DNA of 64,000 nt from Candidatus Poribacteria bacterium (lineage in GTDB: Bacteria; Poribacteria; WGA-4E; WGA-3G), in NCBI GenBank assembly GCA_965197475.1, contig CBDANF010000003.1, forward strand, positions 2,912,001 through 2,976,000, in the 5' to 3' direction. The notes beneath the pieces were generated by a model. That model worked only from the letters and a program-made list of their open reading frames with translations, had not been told where the DNA came from and searched no databases. The position numbers and the translations under genes were made by a program. How positions within the stretch are numbered: position 1 is the stretch's first letter; each line of letters starts with the position of its first letter. This document shows positions 49,913 to 59,083 of this stretch, one piece after another.

Positions 49913-50075
49913 CGGGTGTGTAAAGTTTTTGTCAATTTCTGAATCGCGGATTATGCGGATTTTGGGAACTTGGTGTCAAATCAATGGCAAATGCGCGCTT
50001 GATATTGGAAATCGGGGTTGAAAACCCCTCTTACAAGAGAAAGGGAATGGTTAATGCCAAAAACTTTACACACCC
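49913..50075. mobile_element. MITE with 18-bp terminal inverted repeats and 8-bp target duplication
   Basis: GGGTGTGTAAAGTTTTTG (49914-31) / CAAAAACTTTACACACCC (50058-75); ATTTCGTA direct repeats at 49905-12 and 50076-83. Confidence 0.8.
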
Positions 50076-50177
50076 ATTTCGTAATACATTATTGCACAAT
50101 CTCCAAACTTTTGCTATAATAAAAGACACATTCCAATAGGCAATCATTCCCATTAAGAGACCCTGAAGGAGAGATAG

Positions 50178-51338
50178 ATGGACGCAAAGAGAGGTTCCGC
50201 AGATCGTTCCCTACCTATCTGTACACTTGGCGCAGACGAACATGGTAAAACAACGTTGACAGCAGCGATTGCAAAGGTCGTTGCACGAATCGGATCAATC
50301 CGTTCCAAAGCGAACAACCAATTTGAACAGCAAGCACCAGTTCACCACCCAATCCGCGAAGGTGTTGGCATTACCTATCGGGCAATTGATTACGAAACCA
50401 GCGGAAAATTCTATTTGCAGATTGACTGTGAAGCACATCTGGATATTATCAAAATGTTAGTCAGTCGTTCATTTGCAATCCAGGGTGCCATTTGGATTGT
50501 GGATGCTGATGAAGGGGTTACACAGGATTCCGAGGCACATCTCCGCATAGCGAACCGTATAAATTTGCCAACGGTAATTTCATTTCTCAATACACGAAAT
50601 ATCGCAAAAGATGATGAACTGGTAGATATTTGCCAACAAGAGATGCGCGATTTACTCACCGAATATGGATGGGAAGAACAGAACAGTCCTATAATTGTCG
50701 GAGATGCCAATAGGGCGTTAAACTACAAAGGCGATCGGATCGGTTCTGATCAGTGGAAACCGATTGTTGACCTGATATTTGCGATGAATCGGTGTATGCC
50801 TAAACCTGTCAATTCTGAAAACTTACCGCCCATTATGCCAATCTATGAGATTGTAGAGGAGCTGAAGGAACGCGTCACTGTGCGGGGTGAGATTGTTCAA
50901 GGACATCTTGCTGTCGGGCAGGCGGTCGATATTGTCGGTAAGGGCGATCGGATAAAGACAAAATGTCTTAGCATTAAAAAGAATGAAGTGAGTGTAGAGT
51001 CTGAACCCGATTGGTTGTCTATTGGGCAAGTTTTGTGTACACCTAAGACCATAAAGGCGCATTCAGATTTTACCGCTCTTATCTATCTGCTTACACAGGA
51101 AGAGAGCGGCACACATATCCCACTTATCGAAAATGATAAACCTGAAATCCATTTGTGGGGTATTGATATGCCAGCGAGTCTGCAGCTTCCACCAGAATTA
51201 TCCATTGTTACCCCTGGAGATAATGCTCATGTATCGTTTTCTCTCGAATTGCCGCTTGCAATGGAAGTTGGCACAACGTTTGAGGTAAAGAAAATGGGAT
51301 CACGGATCGGACTCGGTGTTGTGACTGATGTGGTGTAA
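50178..51338 (+). CDS. Divergent elongation factor Tu-like paralog
   Basis: HGKTTLTAAI, G(V)GITY, QEMRDLLTEYG, YLLTQEESGTHIP, PGDN, P.AMEVG..F.V....IG.GVV align to EF-Tu domains I-III; G motifs degenerate. Confidence 0.8.
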   Translation: MDAKRGSADRSLPICTLGADEHGKTTLTAAIAKVVARIGSIRSKANNQFEQQAPVHHPIREGVGITYRAIDYETSGKFYLQIDCEAHLDIIKMLVSRSFAIQGAIWIVDADEGVTQDSEAHLRIANRINLPTVISFLNTRNIAKDDELVDICQQEMRDLLTEYGWEEQNSPIIVGDANRALNYKGDRIGSDQWKPIVDLIFAMNRCMPKPVNSENLPPIMPIYEIVEELKERVTVRGEIVQGHLAVGQAVDIVGKGDRIKTKCLSIKKNEVSVESEPDWLSIGQVLCTPKTIKAHSDFTALIYLLTQEESGTHIPLIENDKPEIHLWGIDMPASLQLPPELSIVTPGDNAHVSFSLELPLAMEVGTTFEVKKMGSRIGLGVVTDVV

Positions 51339-51356
51339 TACCAGTTAATATTATTT

Positions 51357-52064
51357 TTAACGTGCAACGGCAATTGCATCACACAGTGCAAGGTCACCGG
51401 TATACAATGCTCGTCCAATAATTGCACCGCAGGCACCGATGTCCTTCAATGCTTTAATATCAGAAAGTGAGGTAACCCCTCCTGAACCGATGACATCTGC
51501 TGACACCGCATTGACAATATCCGCAGTAGTCTCAACATTAGGTCCCTTAAGCATACCGTCGCTTTTGATGTCAGTGTAAATAAGCGTTTGCACTTCAGTC
51601 ATTTCCACAGCAAATTCAACAGCAGATTTTTGAGAAACTTCTAACCATCCGTGTGTGGCAACTATACCGTCTCTTGCGTCAATACCTACAGCGATACGTT
51701 TCCCATGTTTTGCGCAAGCCTGCTTCACCAAACTCGGTTGTTTTAGCGCAGCCGTGCCTAAAATTGCGCGGTGCACGCCTAACGCTAAAACTGCATCCAG
51801 CTGTTCCATACTCCGGATTCCGCCGCCGAGTTGCACAGGGATATCAAGCACATCAACAATTTCACGGACAATGTGTAGGTTCGCCGATTCTCCTTGAAAT
51901 GCACCGTCTAAATCAACGAGATGAAGATATTCCGCCCCCTCTGCTTGCCATCGCTTTGCCATTTCCACAGGTGAATCAGAGAAGACAGTTTCTTGTTCTG
52001 CAATACCCTGTACCAGATTTACACACTTTCCACCGCGAAGATCTATTGCGGGTAATATTTGCAT
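51357..52064 (-). CDS. hisA: ProFAR isomerase HisA
   Basis: PAIDLRGGKCV.L.QG, HLVDLDGA, QLGGGIRS, TDIKSDGML.GPN. Confidence 0.96.
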   Translation of the reverse strand: MQILPAIDLRGGKCVNLVQGIAEQETVFSDSPVEMAKRWQAEGAEYLHLVDLDGAFQGESANLHIVREIVDVLDIPVQLGGGIRSMEQLDAVLALGVHRAILGTAALKQPSLVKQACAKHGKRIAVGIDARDGIVATHGWLEVSQKSAVEFAVEMTEVQTLIYTDIKSDGMLKGPNVETTADIVNAVSADVIGSGGVTSLSDIKALKDIGACGAIIGRALYTGDLALCDAIAVAR

Positions 52065-52079
52065 TAAATTTCCTTTCCG

Positions 52080-52979
52080 TTATTCCTCTCGGAAAACACC
52101 GAGTAATTTTAATTGCGCTACTGAGATAATAGCAATTATGATAAAAAGCACCCAACCGATTGTCGCGGCATAGCCGAGGCGCATGAACTGAAAGCCGTTT
52201 TTATAGAGATACATCACGATGGTTGTACCAGCATCGGCAGGTTCACCGCCATTCGTTAAAATATATGGTAAGTCAAAGAGTTGGAACGAACCGATCATAG
52301 AAACAACAAAGACGAACGCTATAACTGGTCGTAAAGACGGCAGCGTGATATGCACAAACGATTGCCACCAATTCGCACCGTCAACTGCTGCTGCTTCATA
52401 TAGTTCCTGCCGAATACCCTGTAGCCCTGCTAAAAAATAGATCATGTTGAAACCTGCCCACTGCCAAACACCTGTTAGAATAACCGCTGGCATAACATAT
52501 TCTTCTTGGCTGAGCCAGCCGATTTCTTTTCCAAAAAGTATAAATTCGTTGTTGATCAATCCCGCCCGTTGGTCAAATATCAGATTAAAGATGATTGCTA
52601 CAAAAACCCCGGCAACGAGGACCGGCGTAAAAAAGGCGAGTCGTAGAAAATTCTTCCCTTTTACGAACTTTGCATTAAGCAGAATAGCAAGTAACAATGC
52701 AATCGGTAATTGGAGTATTAGGGTGCCAATGGCAAAATAGGTCGTATTCCATAATGATTTCCAAAAGATTGGATCGCTAAACAGATCGGTGAAGTTGCCA
52801 AAGCCGACAAAGATTCGACTCTGGAATCCGCGCATCTCATAAAAACTCATGATGAGCGATGAGATTAGGGGATACCCTAAAAAGATAGCAAAGAGGATGT
52901 AAAACGGGGCAATAAAAAGATAGGGAGCGATTTTCTGTTGCTGATTCCAGAAGCGGGACGTAGTCAGTTTTGTTTTCAT
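52080..52979 (-). CDS. Carbohydrate ABC transporter permease
   Basis: LYEAAAVDGA EAA motif, multiple TM helices. Confidence 0.92.
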   Translation of the reverse strand: MKTKLTTSRFWNQQQKIAPYLFIAPFYILFAIFLGYPLISSLIMSFYEMRGFQSRIFVGFGNFTDLFSDPIFWKSLWNTTYFAIGTLILQLPIALLLAILLNAKFVKGKNFLRLAFFTPVLVAGVFVAIIFNLIFDQRAGLINNEFILFGKEIGWLSQEEYVMPAVILTGVWQWAGFNMIYFLAGLQGIRQELYEAAAVDGANWWQSFVHITLPSLRPVIAFVFVVSMIGSFQLFDLPYILTNGGEPADAGTTIVMYLYKNGFQFMRLGYAATIGWVLFIIIAIISVAQLKLLGVFREE

Positions 52980-54340
52980 CAATAATTCCTTTTTCCCCAA
53001 CGTTCTTGGTCTTTTGCAATAAGTGAGCGCACCTTTTCAGCGAGTTCTGTCAAGGCTTGCCGCGGTGTCTGTTTTTCAGTAACAGCATTGAAAATTGCAT
53101 CATTCAGCAAATCCGCTGCTTCAGACCAATATGGGTTCTGATAAAGCGGCGGCAAATCGGGTGCAAGTTCAATAAACAACTTTCCAAGTGGCTGCCCGCC
53201 CAAGTAAGTATCTGATTTTTTAAAAATTGGTGCATCCCATGCATCTTTGAGTGGTGGAATAATCCGCGTCGTTTCATAACGGTTAATCAATCCTGCCCTA
53301 TCAAAGTAGGTAAATTTCAGAAGTTCCCATGCAAGGTCTGGATTCTTGCACTGTTTTGTAATCCCGATCATTGTTCCGCCGCGAGTGGAAGTACGTCTGC
53401 CACCGGGCATCCACGCAGGCATACTGATAGCCTTCCATTTGCCGGACATCCGCTGGACTTGACTTTTGAGGAGGCCGACATACCAATCCGGGGCAAGCAC
53501 AGAAAGTATTTTTCCGTCTTGCATTGCAGCGTAGTTACTCGGATGTCCATGCCATGTGCCGTAAACTGGTGTGGCAATTTCGTGTTCATTAAATAACGAT
53601 GTAAAAAATTCCAATGTTTCAATTGCAATATCGCTATCAATTATTACGTTCCCATCAACATCAAAAAAGCCACCACCCCGTTGAAGCAATAGGTTAAAAT
53701 AGTCGCTTTCTGTCTTGCTATCAAGCACAATCGCATATTGGTCAATTTTACCGTCGCCATCGAGATCGCGAGTTGCTTTTTTTGCCGCAACAATAAAGTC
53801 ATCCCACGTTTCAATTTCGGTCATCTCAACACCAGCAGCTTTAAATAAGTCATCACGATAAAGAAGGACAACAGGATGCAAGTCGTGAGGAATACCAAAA
53901 ATTCTGTCACGGTAAGACCAAGGTGTAAAACGACTGAGGACCAATTTATCCATCCAACCTTCCTTTTCTAAACGGGGACGTAAGTCAATAAAACCGACTT
54001 CATCTATTGCCCCTTTGAGGAAACGACCGATAGATGCAATCTCAACTTCAACAACGTCTGGTGCACCGAAATCGGATAATAAGGCGGTGAGGAGTTTATC
54101 GTGCATCGTGTCGCCATAATTGATAAGTTGCACGTTAACTTCCGGATGCTGTGTCTCAAAAATTGGTAAACGTGCTTGATATTCCTCGTAATGGGTAGGG
54201 GCGAAAATCCAAAATTCTAAATTCTCCCCCTTTTCTTTAGCAGGAGCAAAAACAAAGACCGAAGAAATAAGGAAAAGAATTAACATCACCATCGGACCCT
54301 TGCCAAGTGGGAAACTGTCTATATCATATAGGAAGCGCAT
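52979..54340 (-). CDS. Sugar ABC transporter substrate-binding protein
   Basis: APDVV, YRDDLF..AG, TWDDF, SBP family 1 pattern. Confidence 0.88.
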   Translation of the reverse strand: MRFLYDIDSFPLGKGPMVMLILFLISSVFVFAPAKEKGENLEFWIFAPTHYEEYQARLPIFETQHPEVNVQLINYGDTMHDKLLTALLSDFGAPDVVEVEIASIGRFLKGAIDEVGFIDLRPRLEKEGWMDKLVLSRFTPWSYRDRIFGIPHDLHPVVLLYRDDLFKAAGVEMTEIETWDDFIVAAKKATRDLDGDGKIDQYAIVLDSKTESDYFNLLLQRGGGFFDVDGNVIIDSDIAIETLEFFTSLFNEHEIATPVYGTWHGHPSNYAAMQDGKILSVLAPDWYVGLLKSQVQRMSGKWKAISMPAWMPGGRRTSTRGGTMIGITKQCKNPDLAWELLKFTYFDRAGLINRYETTRIIPPLKDAWDAPIFKKSDTYLGGQPLGKLFIELAPDLPPLYQNPYWSEAADLLNDAIFNAVTEKQTPRQALTELAEKVRSLIAKDQERWGKRNY

Positions 54341-54475
54341 AAAATGCCTCTAATGTAAAACTTGACGTAATTTCGGTGTATTGGCAAATTTGACTTGACA
54401 ATTTCACGATAAACCATTAGAATTTAATCAAAACATGTTCTTTTTATCAACTAAGAAATGGAGGACAATGGTTAT

Positions 54476-54775
54476 ATGCCTACTTACGACTATAAGTGTC
54501 TTGAGTGTGATGTTCAGTTTGAGAAGTTTCAGGGTATTACAGCACCACCACTTGAAGAATGCCCCGAATGTGGCGGTAAAGTTAAACGACTCATCGGGGC
54601 AGGCGCAGGATTGATTTTCAAAGGGTCCGGCTTCTATATCACTGATCACCGGAGTGAAGGATACAAGGAATCCGCAAAGAAAGATAAAAACCCACCGTCA
54701 GAAAAAAGCGATAAAAAAGAAAAGAAAACTGACACAAGTAGCGAATCGAAAAGTAAATCCAGTGACTCTGACTAA
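54476..54775 (+). CDS. FmdB family zinc-ribbon protein
   Basis: MPTYDYKC..C...CPECGG...FKGSGFYITD. Confidence 0.9.
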   Translation: MPTYDYKCLECDVQFEKFQGITAPPLEECPECGGKVKRLIGAGAGLIFKGSGFYITDHRSEGYKESAKKDKNPPSEKSDKKEKKTDTSSESKSKSSDSD

Positions 54776-54820
54776 AAAGTGGATTGTCCATTATGTTGCC
54801 AATCACTTTAAGGAGACACT

Positions 54821-55768
54821 TTGCCAAATCATATCCATCAGCATCATCAGCATCAAGACGAACCACATGTGCATAGCCATCAGACACATCTGCAGAAAAA
54901 ATTTAAAATTGCAGTGTTAGTAACGTTTTTAGTCTTCCTTGGAGAAGTTATCGGAGGAATCTGGTCAGGAAGTCTCGCGTTGCTAAGTGACGCTGCGCAT
55001 GTGATGTCGGATGTTCTCTCGCTTCTAATCAGTTGGTTGGCAATCTATCTATCAACACGTCCTGCAACATCATCTCGGACTTTCGGCTATCATCGTGCGG
55101 AGGTTTTCGCTGCGTTTATCAACGGCGTTTCACTCATCGGTATCTCCGGTTGGATTTTTTACGAAGCGTACCAACGATACAATTCACCGGAGGATATAAA
55201 GGTGACAGGGATGTTTGTTGTTGCATGTCTCGGCTTGGTTGCGAACCTGTTTATCTTGTGGCAACTACACGGTGAGAGCCATGGCAACCTAAACGTTCGG
55301 AGCGCGGTGCTTCATGTGGTAGGCGATACGCTTTCTTCTGTTGCTGTTGTCGTCGGCGGAGTGATCATTTTTTTCACAGGATGGTATCCAATTGATGCGA
55401 TCCTCAGTTTCGTTATCGGTGGGATAATTCTTTTCGGTGCCATTAACGTAACAAAAGAAGCGGTGCATATTCTGCTTGAGAATTCGCCACGGAATACTGA
55501 CGCTCACACGGTGGCAAAACACCTCTGTGATTTAGCCCCGGTGAAAGATGTTCATGACATGCACATTTGGTCGCTCTGTTCTAACTATAGTGCATTAAGC
55601 GCGCACATTGTCATTAACGAAAATTCTACGCTGCCTCATGATCAAATTCTCAAACAGATTAACGCAGAATTACAAAAACGTTTCGGCATCAACCATACAA
55701 CCCTTCAATTAGAACGGATCGCGTGTACACAAGCAGGCAACCTGCTATGCAACGCGCAACATTCGTAG
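54821..55768 (+). CDS. Cation diffusion facilitator (CzcD/ZitB-like)
   Basis: His-rich N-terminus, SLALLSDAAH, TFGYHR.E, LHVVGD, HDMHIW. Confidence 0.92.
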   Translation: MPNHIHQHHQHQDEPHVHSHQTHLQKKFKIAVLVTFLVFLGEVIGGIWSGSLALLSDAAHVMSDVLSLLISWLAIYLSTRPATSSRTFGYHRAEVFAAFINGVSLIGISGWIFYEAYQRYNSPEDIKVTGMFVVACLGLVANLFILWQLHGESHGNLNVRSAVLHVVGDTLSSVAVVVGGVIIFFTGWYPIDAILSFVIGGIILFGAINVTKEAVHILLENSPRNTDAHTVAKHLCDLAPVKDVHDMHIWSLCSNYSALSAHIVINENSTLPHDQILKQINAELQKRFGINHTTLQLERIACTQAGNLLCNAQHS

Positions 55769-55785
55769 CATCACACGAAAATAGA

Positions 55786-56364
55786 TTAACTGTGTTCTTC
55801 TTTTAAACGGTGTGCTTTCCGTATAAGGGAGGTATCTTTAGCAAACTTTTGGGTTGCTTGCACGAGTCCGTCTACATGCGATACCATATCCTTTTCAACC
55901 TGCACAATACGATTCATAAGATAAGGTTGATTGCTTTCTTGAATTGCTTTTCTCATTATAGAGAGTAGATACATATAGATAGTATCTGTTTCGCTTCCCT
56001 CAATGGCAATGGCTATTTCAAACGCCTCGTCCAATGAAATTCTCCCACTTTCTACCTTCGATTCGTGTGTATTTAGAGCGTCTGTGATTTTTTGAATCGA
56101 TATATCAGGCAGTAGTGCTATCGGTGATGAAGATTCATCTGTGTCCGCAGAAGATATAGGCGTGTCAATGCCGAACGCTTCTATACATAAAGCACGACCA
56201 AAATCCACAAGAATATAGTGTTGCCACTCCTCCGTACTCATCCTTTCCCAAAATCTCGCTATCCGTTCATCAACATCTCCCAAAAGTAGCGCGAAAGAGG
56301 CGTATAATTTTGCTTGTCGCAGCTCAAGGTCTTGGCATACATCAAAAAGGTCTTCTAATGTCAA
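55786..56364 (-). CDS. Ferritin/rubrerythrin-like hypothetical protein
   Basis: LE....LY, EEWQH, A..IE.SE, VSH four-helix diiron-like pattern. Confidence 0.55.
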   Translation of the reverse strand: MTLEDLFDVCQDLELRQAKLYASFALLLGDVDERIARFWERMSTEEWQHYILVDFGRALCIEAFGIDTPISSADTDESSSPIALLPDISIQKITDALNTHESKVESGRISLDEAFEIAIAIEGSETDTIYMYLLSIMRKAIQESNQPYLMNRIVQVEKDMVSHVDGLVQATQKFAKDTSLIRKAHRLKEEHS

Positions 56365-56421
56365 TGGTTCTCCTTTCTTAATTAGGTAGTAGGCACACGC
56401 CGATGTGCCAAAACTAATTGT

Positions 56422-57459
56422 CTACATTTGAAGCGGCAAAGGAATTGCCGCACCCGATAACATACTCCGCGTAACCGCCTCCGTAAACTCCATATACTTA
56501 ACGCCAGTGTCAAAGTCGGTATGTGTGATAACCTCCCCGCCACGGATAGCGTTCACAAATTCCTCTTCTACTCGCCACGCACCTTCCTCCTCAGTGGGAA
56601 TATCAATCTCATTTAGTTCATCATCTTCTTTTTGTCCACCGTAGACTTTATTTCCTGAAAATCTCAAGGTTCCTTGACTGCCAAAAATAAAAACCTCTGG
56701 TGCACCTACCAACCCTGTTACAGCGGAAATTTGCATGTGAAGTTGTGCACCACAAGCGAGTTCCCCAACAACATCAATATGTTCCGGAATTCGCACCGCA
56801 CGCATCACGTCTTCAGCATCAGGACGCATTTTGACGAATGTTTTACCCATCGCCATAACTCTTGTCGCTTCTCCGACCCAACGCATCAACGCCTCATACC
56901 AAATTCCCATGCTCATGATGTTCATGCCACTCAGGTCAAAATCTTGCCGCCACTGCAGCGGTGCTTCGCTATCCAGAAACGCACCGCCTGCACGCACTTC
57001 AACGGCAAGCACCTCTCCGATATATCTGTCTGTGATGTGCCGCTTTATAGTGTTATCCACTCGGAGTGTCATCGGTGATGGGACAATTTGCGCGGTAAGT
57101 TGCGATTTCCGACGTGCCATCAAACGCATCGCGTGTGCCTCACGGGCATTCATTGCCATCCGTGCTTCACACATCACGTGCTTATTTGCCATAAGTGCTG
57201 AAACTGTTGCACGGCAGTGCATGTAGGGCCATGTCCCGATAACAATCGCATTCGTTTCTTTATCGGCAATTGCATCCTGCCAGTTGTCGTAGATTTTAGG
57301 GATTCCGAACTCGTCTGCTACGCGCTGCGATGACTCTCGACTCCGATTACAAACGCCGATAATCTCAACGCCTTCAATCGCTTGTAGTCCAGGGATATGT
57401 CGTGATTTTGTGTTTCTGCCTGCGCCGATGATACCGACTCGGACTGTTTCTGATGCCAC
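56422..57459 (-). CDS. Gfo/Idh/MocA oxidoreductase
   Basis: VGIIGAG, KHVMCEARMA. Confidence 0.9.
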   Translation of the reverse strand: MASETVRVGIIGAGRNTKSRHIPGLQAIEGVEIIGVCNRSRESSQRVADEFGIPKIYDNWQDAIADKETNAIVIGTWPYMHCRATVSALMANKHVMCEARMAMNAREAHAMRLMARRKSQLTAQIVPSPMTLRVDNTIKRHITDRYIGEVLAVEVRAGGAFLDSEAPLQWRQDFDLSGMNIMSMGIWYEALMRWVGEATRVMAMGKTFVKMRPDAEDVMRAVRIPEHIDVVGELACGAQLHMQISAVTGLVGAPEVFIFGSQGTLRFSGNKVYGGQKEDDELNEIDIPTEEEGAWRVEEEFVNAIRGGEVITHTDFDTGVKYMEFTEAVTRSMLSGAAIPLPLQM

Positions 57460-57478
57460 TTAATTTGCTCCTTGCTAT

Positions 57479-57661
57479 TTAGGTAACAGGCGTTTCGGAT
57501 TTCTTCTTACGAGATGTACAGAAATCTGCATATTTCACACTTTGCTTCAACCGTTTCTCCTGCCGACGCATCACAAATTCTTTATAGGTCTCCAGGTCAC
57601 CAAAGATGGCGACGAGACGCGCCTTGGCCTGTCGAATGTCTTCCACTGGATTTTTACACAT
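57479..57661 (-). CDS. Small hypothetical protein
   Basis: 60-aa ORF with GGAGG RBS, start overlapping the stop of an upstream remnant. Confidence 0.5.
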   Translation of the reverse strand: MCKNPVEDIRQAKARLVAIFGDLETYKEFVMRRQEKRLKQSVKYADFCTSRKKKSETPVT

Positions 57662-57713
57662 TAGAGTGCCTCCATTATCGCTTTTGGTGAGTCAACGTGA
57701 GGCGGTGAATAAT

Positions 57714-57833
57714 AGGGTTATTTAGTTCTCCATATTTTTGGTTATTCTTGAATGTCCCTCTTGCTTGTAGGAGCGAGCTCCGCTCGCGACTTTTTGACGA
57801 AAATGTGCAAAAACCCTAAAACTAAATAACCCT
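57714..57833. mobile_element. MITE-like element enclosing a GTAG REP
   Basis: 14-bp inverted repeats AGGGTTATTTAGTT / AACTAAATAACCCT; inner GTAGGAGCGAGCTCCGCTCGCGAC; no clear target duplication. Confidence 0.55.
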
Positions 57834-57871
57834 GGCGTGTCACGTTATCGTGATACGCTTTATTTTTTTAC

Positions 57872-57927
57872 TGATAACCTAACTAATCTGTTTCAACTAA
57901 TTTTGAAACGGATTAGTTAGGTTATCA
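57872..57927. repeat. Long near-perfect palindrome
   Basis: TGATAACCTAACTAATCtGTTTCAA-ctaatt-TTGAAACgGATTAGTTAGGTTATCA. Confidence 0.8.
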
Positions 57928-57950
57928 AGTTGTTATAAGAAATAAAACAC

Positions 57951-58172
57951 TTATTTCTTATCAGATGGTTTTTCACTACTCGGTTTATCTTCAGATGGTT
58001 TTTCAACAGGTTTGGTAGGTTCTATATTAGGCTTGTTATCAGGTAATACTCTATCTGGTAAAACTATAATTTCAGGCGGATTTTGTGATTTTTTCACTCT
58101 AACTGTAACCATAGGTTTACTCTTATTGGGCGTATCCGCTCGTGATCGGCTATTTGGTTTCTGGTTTTTCAC
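57951..58172 (-). CDS. Small Pro/Lys-rich hypothetical protein
   Basis: GGAGG RBS, low-complexity KPS repeats. Confidence 0.45.
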   Translation of the reverse strand: MKNQKPNSRSRADTPNKSKPMVTVRVKKSQNPPEIIVLPDRVLPDNKPNIEPTKPVEKPSEDKPSSEKPSDKK

Positions 58173-58185
58173 AATAGGCCTCCAT

Positions 58186-58671
58186 TTAATTGATCTGATT
58201 AATAAAATTATCTTGATTTAATATAATAAATAACGAAGTTAGTATCAGGGCTGCAATATAGAGTATGACTGAAAAAAATCTAAGAAGATCAACGCGCACT
58301 GAAAATATATTTTTTTCACCTAATACACTGGTATCTCCTAGCAAATAATATTTTACAATACGTTCTCTCTGAAATCGCAACGCTTTTTTTGCAGGCGAAT
58401 ACGATACCAGATTTAGAACAATTGCAGTAATAAAACAAAACCATGAACTAAACAGCACCCAATTATTTGATGATGTTGATAAATTGATAATACCTTTAAT
58501 AAATGCAATAGAAAAACCTAGTCCAGCACTTGAAAGTGTAAATAAATATTTGTCAACTTGTTCATAAAGCGAAAACTCTCGTTTAGATACCTCTTTCTGC
58601 ATTTCAATATAGGTATTAAATGTTCTGTCATCAATTTCATGTTCATGTTCAGATTCATGTTCAGAATTCAT
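58186..58671 (-). CDS. Hypothetical membrane protein (about 3 TM helices)
   Basis: DKYLFTLSSAGLGFSI, hydrophobic segments, AT-rich coding. Confidence 0.7.
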   Translation of the reverse strand: MNSEHESEHEHEIDDRTFNTYIEMQKEVSKREFSLYEQVDKYLFTLSSAGLGFSIAFIKGIINLSTSSNNWVLFSSWFCFITAIVLNLVSYSPAKKALRFQRERIVKYYLLGDTSVLGEKNIFSVRVDLLRFFSVILYIAALILTSLFIILNQDNFINQIN

Positions 58672-58684
58672 AAAGATACTTACC

Positions 58685-58713
58685 TTGCAGTTTTTAAGTT
58701 GTTACGGTATAAT
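58685..58713 (+). promoter_or_regulatory. sigma70 promoter for the tRNA-like pair
   Basis: TTGCAG-N17-TATAAT ending ~6 nt before the first tRNA-like gene. Confidence 0.65.
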
Positions 58714-58718
58714 ATATA

Positions 58719-58793
58719 ACCCCCGTAGCTCAAATGGATTAGAGCAACTCTTTGCCGAAGGGTAGGTTATGGGTTCAAGTTCCATCGGGTCTT
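58719..58793 (+). tRNA. tRNA-like gene, anticodon GCC (Gly), mismatched acceptor stem, no CCA
   Basis: TAGCTCAAATGGATTAGAGC D arm, ACTCT-TTGCCGA-AGGGT anticodon arm, ATGGG-TTCAAGT-TCCAT T arm. Confidence 0.6.
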
Positions 58794-58804
58794 ATATATA
58801 ATAC

Positions 58805-58890
58805 AAGCATGTGCAGGAGTGGTCGAACTGAATTTCTTTGCAAGGAAATAGTCTTTTTGACTCACGGGGGTTCGAATCCCATCCCGCCTC
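58805..58890 (+). tRNA. Class II (long variable arm) tRNA-like gene with 8-nt anticodon loop; degenerate
   Basis: CAGGAGTGGTCGAACTG D arm, ATTTC-TTTGCAAG-GAAAT, AGTC-TTTTT-GACT variable arm, GGGTTCGAATCCC; poor acceptor stem. Confidence 0.5.
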
Positions 58891-58973
58891 ATACACTTTG
58901 TACTATTGTACTTACGTATTAGTATACAATAATTCAATACAGTTTGTCAAGTGTAACTCAAGTTGCTGCCTAT

Positions 58974-59028
58974 GTAGCGTAAACTTCCACTTTGTGTCAT
59001 AAGGGAGCAAACTGGAAGTTTACGCTAC
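58974..59028. repeat. GTAG-type REP doublet
   Basis: GTAGCGTAAACTTCCACTTTG...CAAACTGGAAGTTTACGCTAC. Confidence 0.75.
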
Positions 59029-59083
59029 AGTAGTGTCCAAATAATTATGGATTTTACTATAAAGGTTCTTAATGGATTAGTTT

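Noticed and set aside
58805-58890. Selenocysteine tRNA or a canonical 9/3 or 8/4 allo-tRNA
   Set aside because: No TCA anticodon, and I could not build an extended acceptor stem in any register
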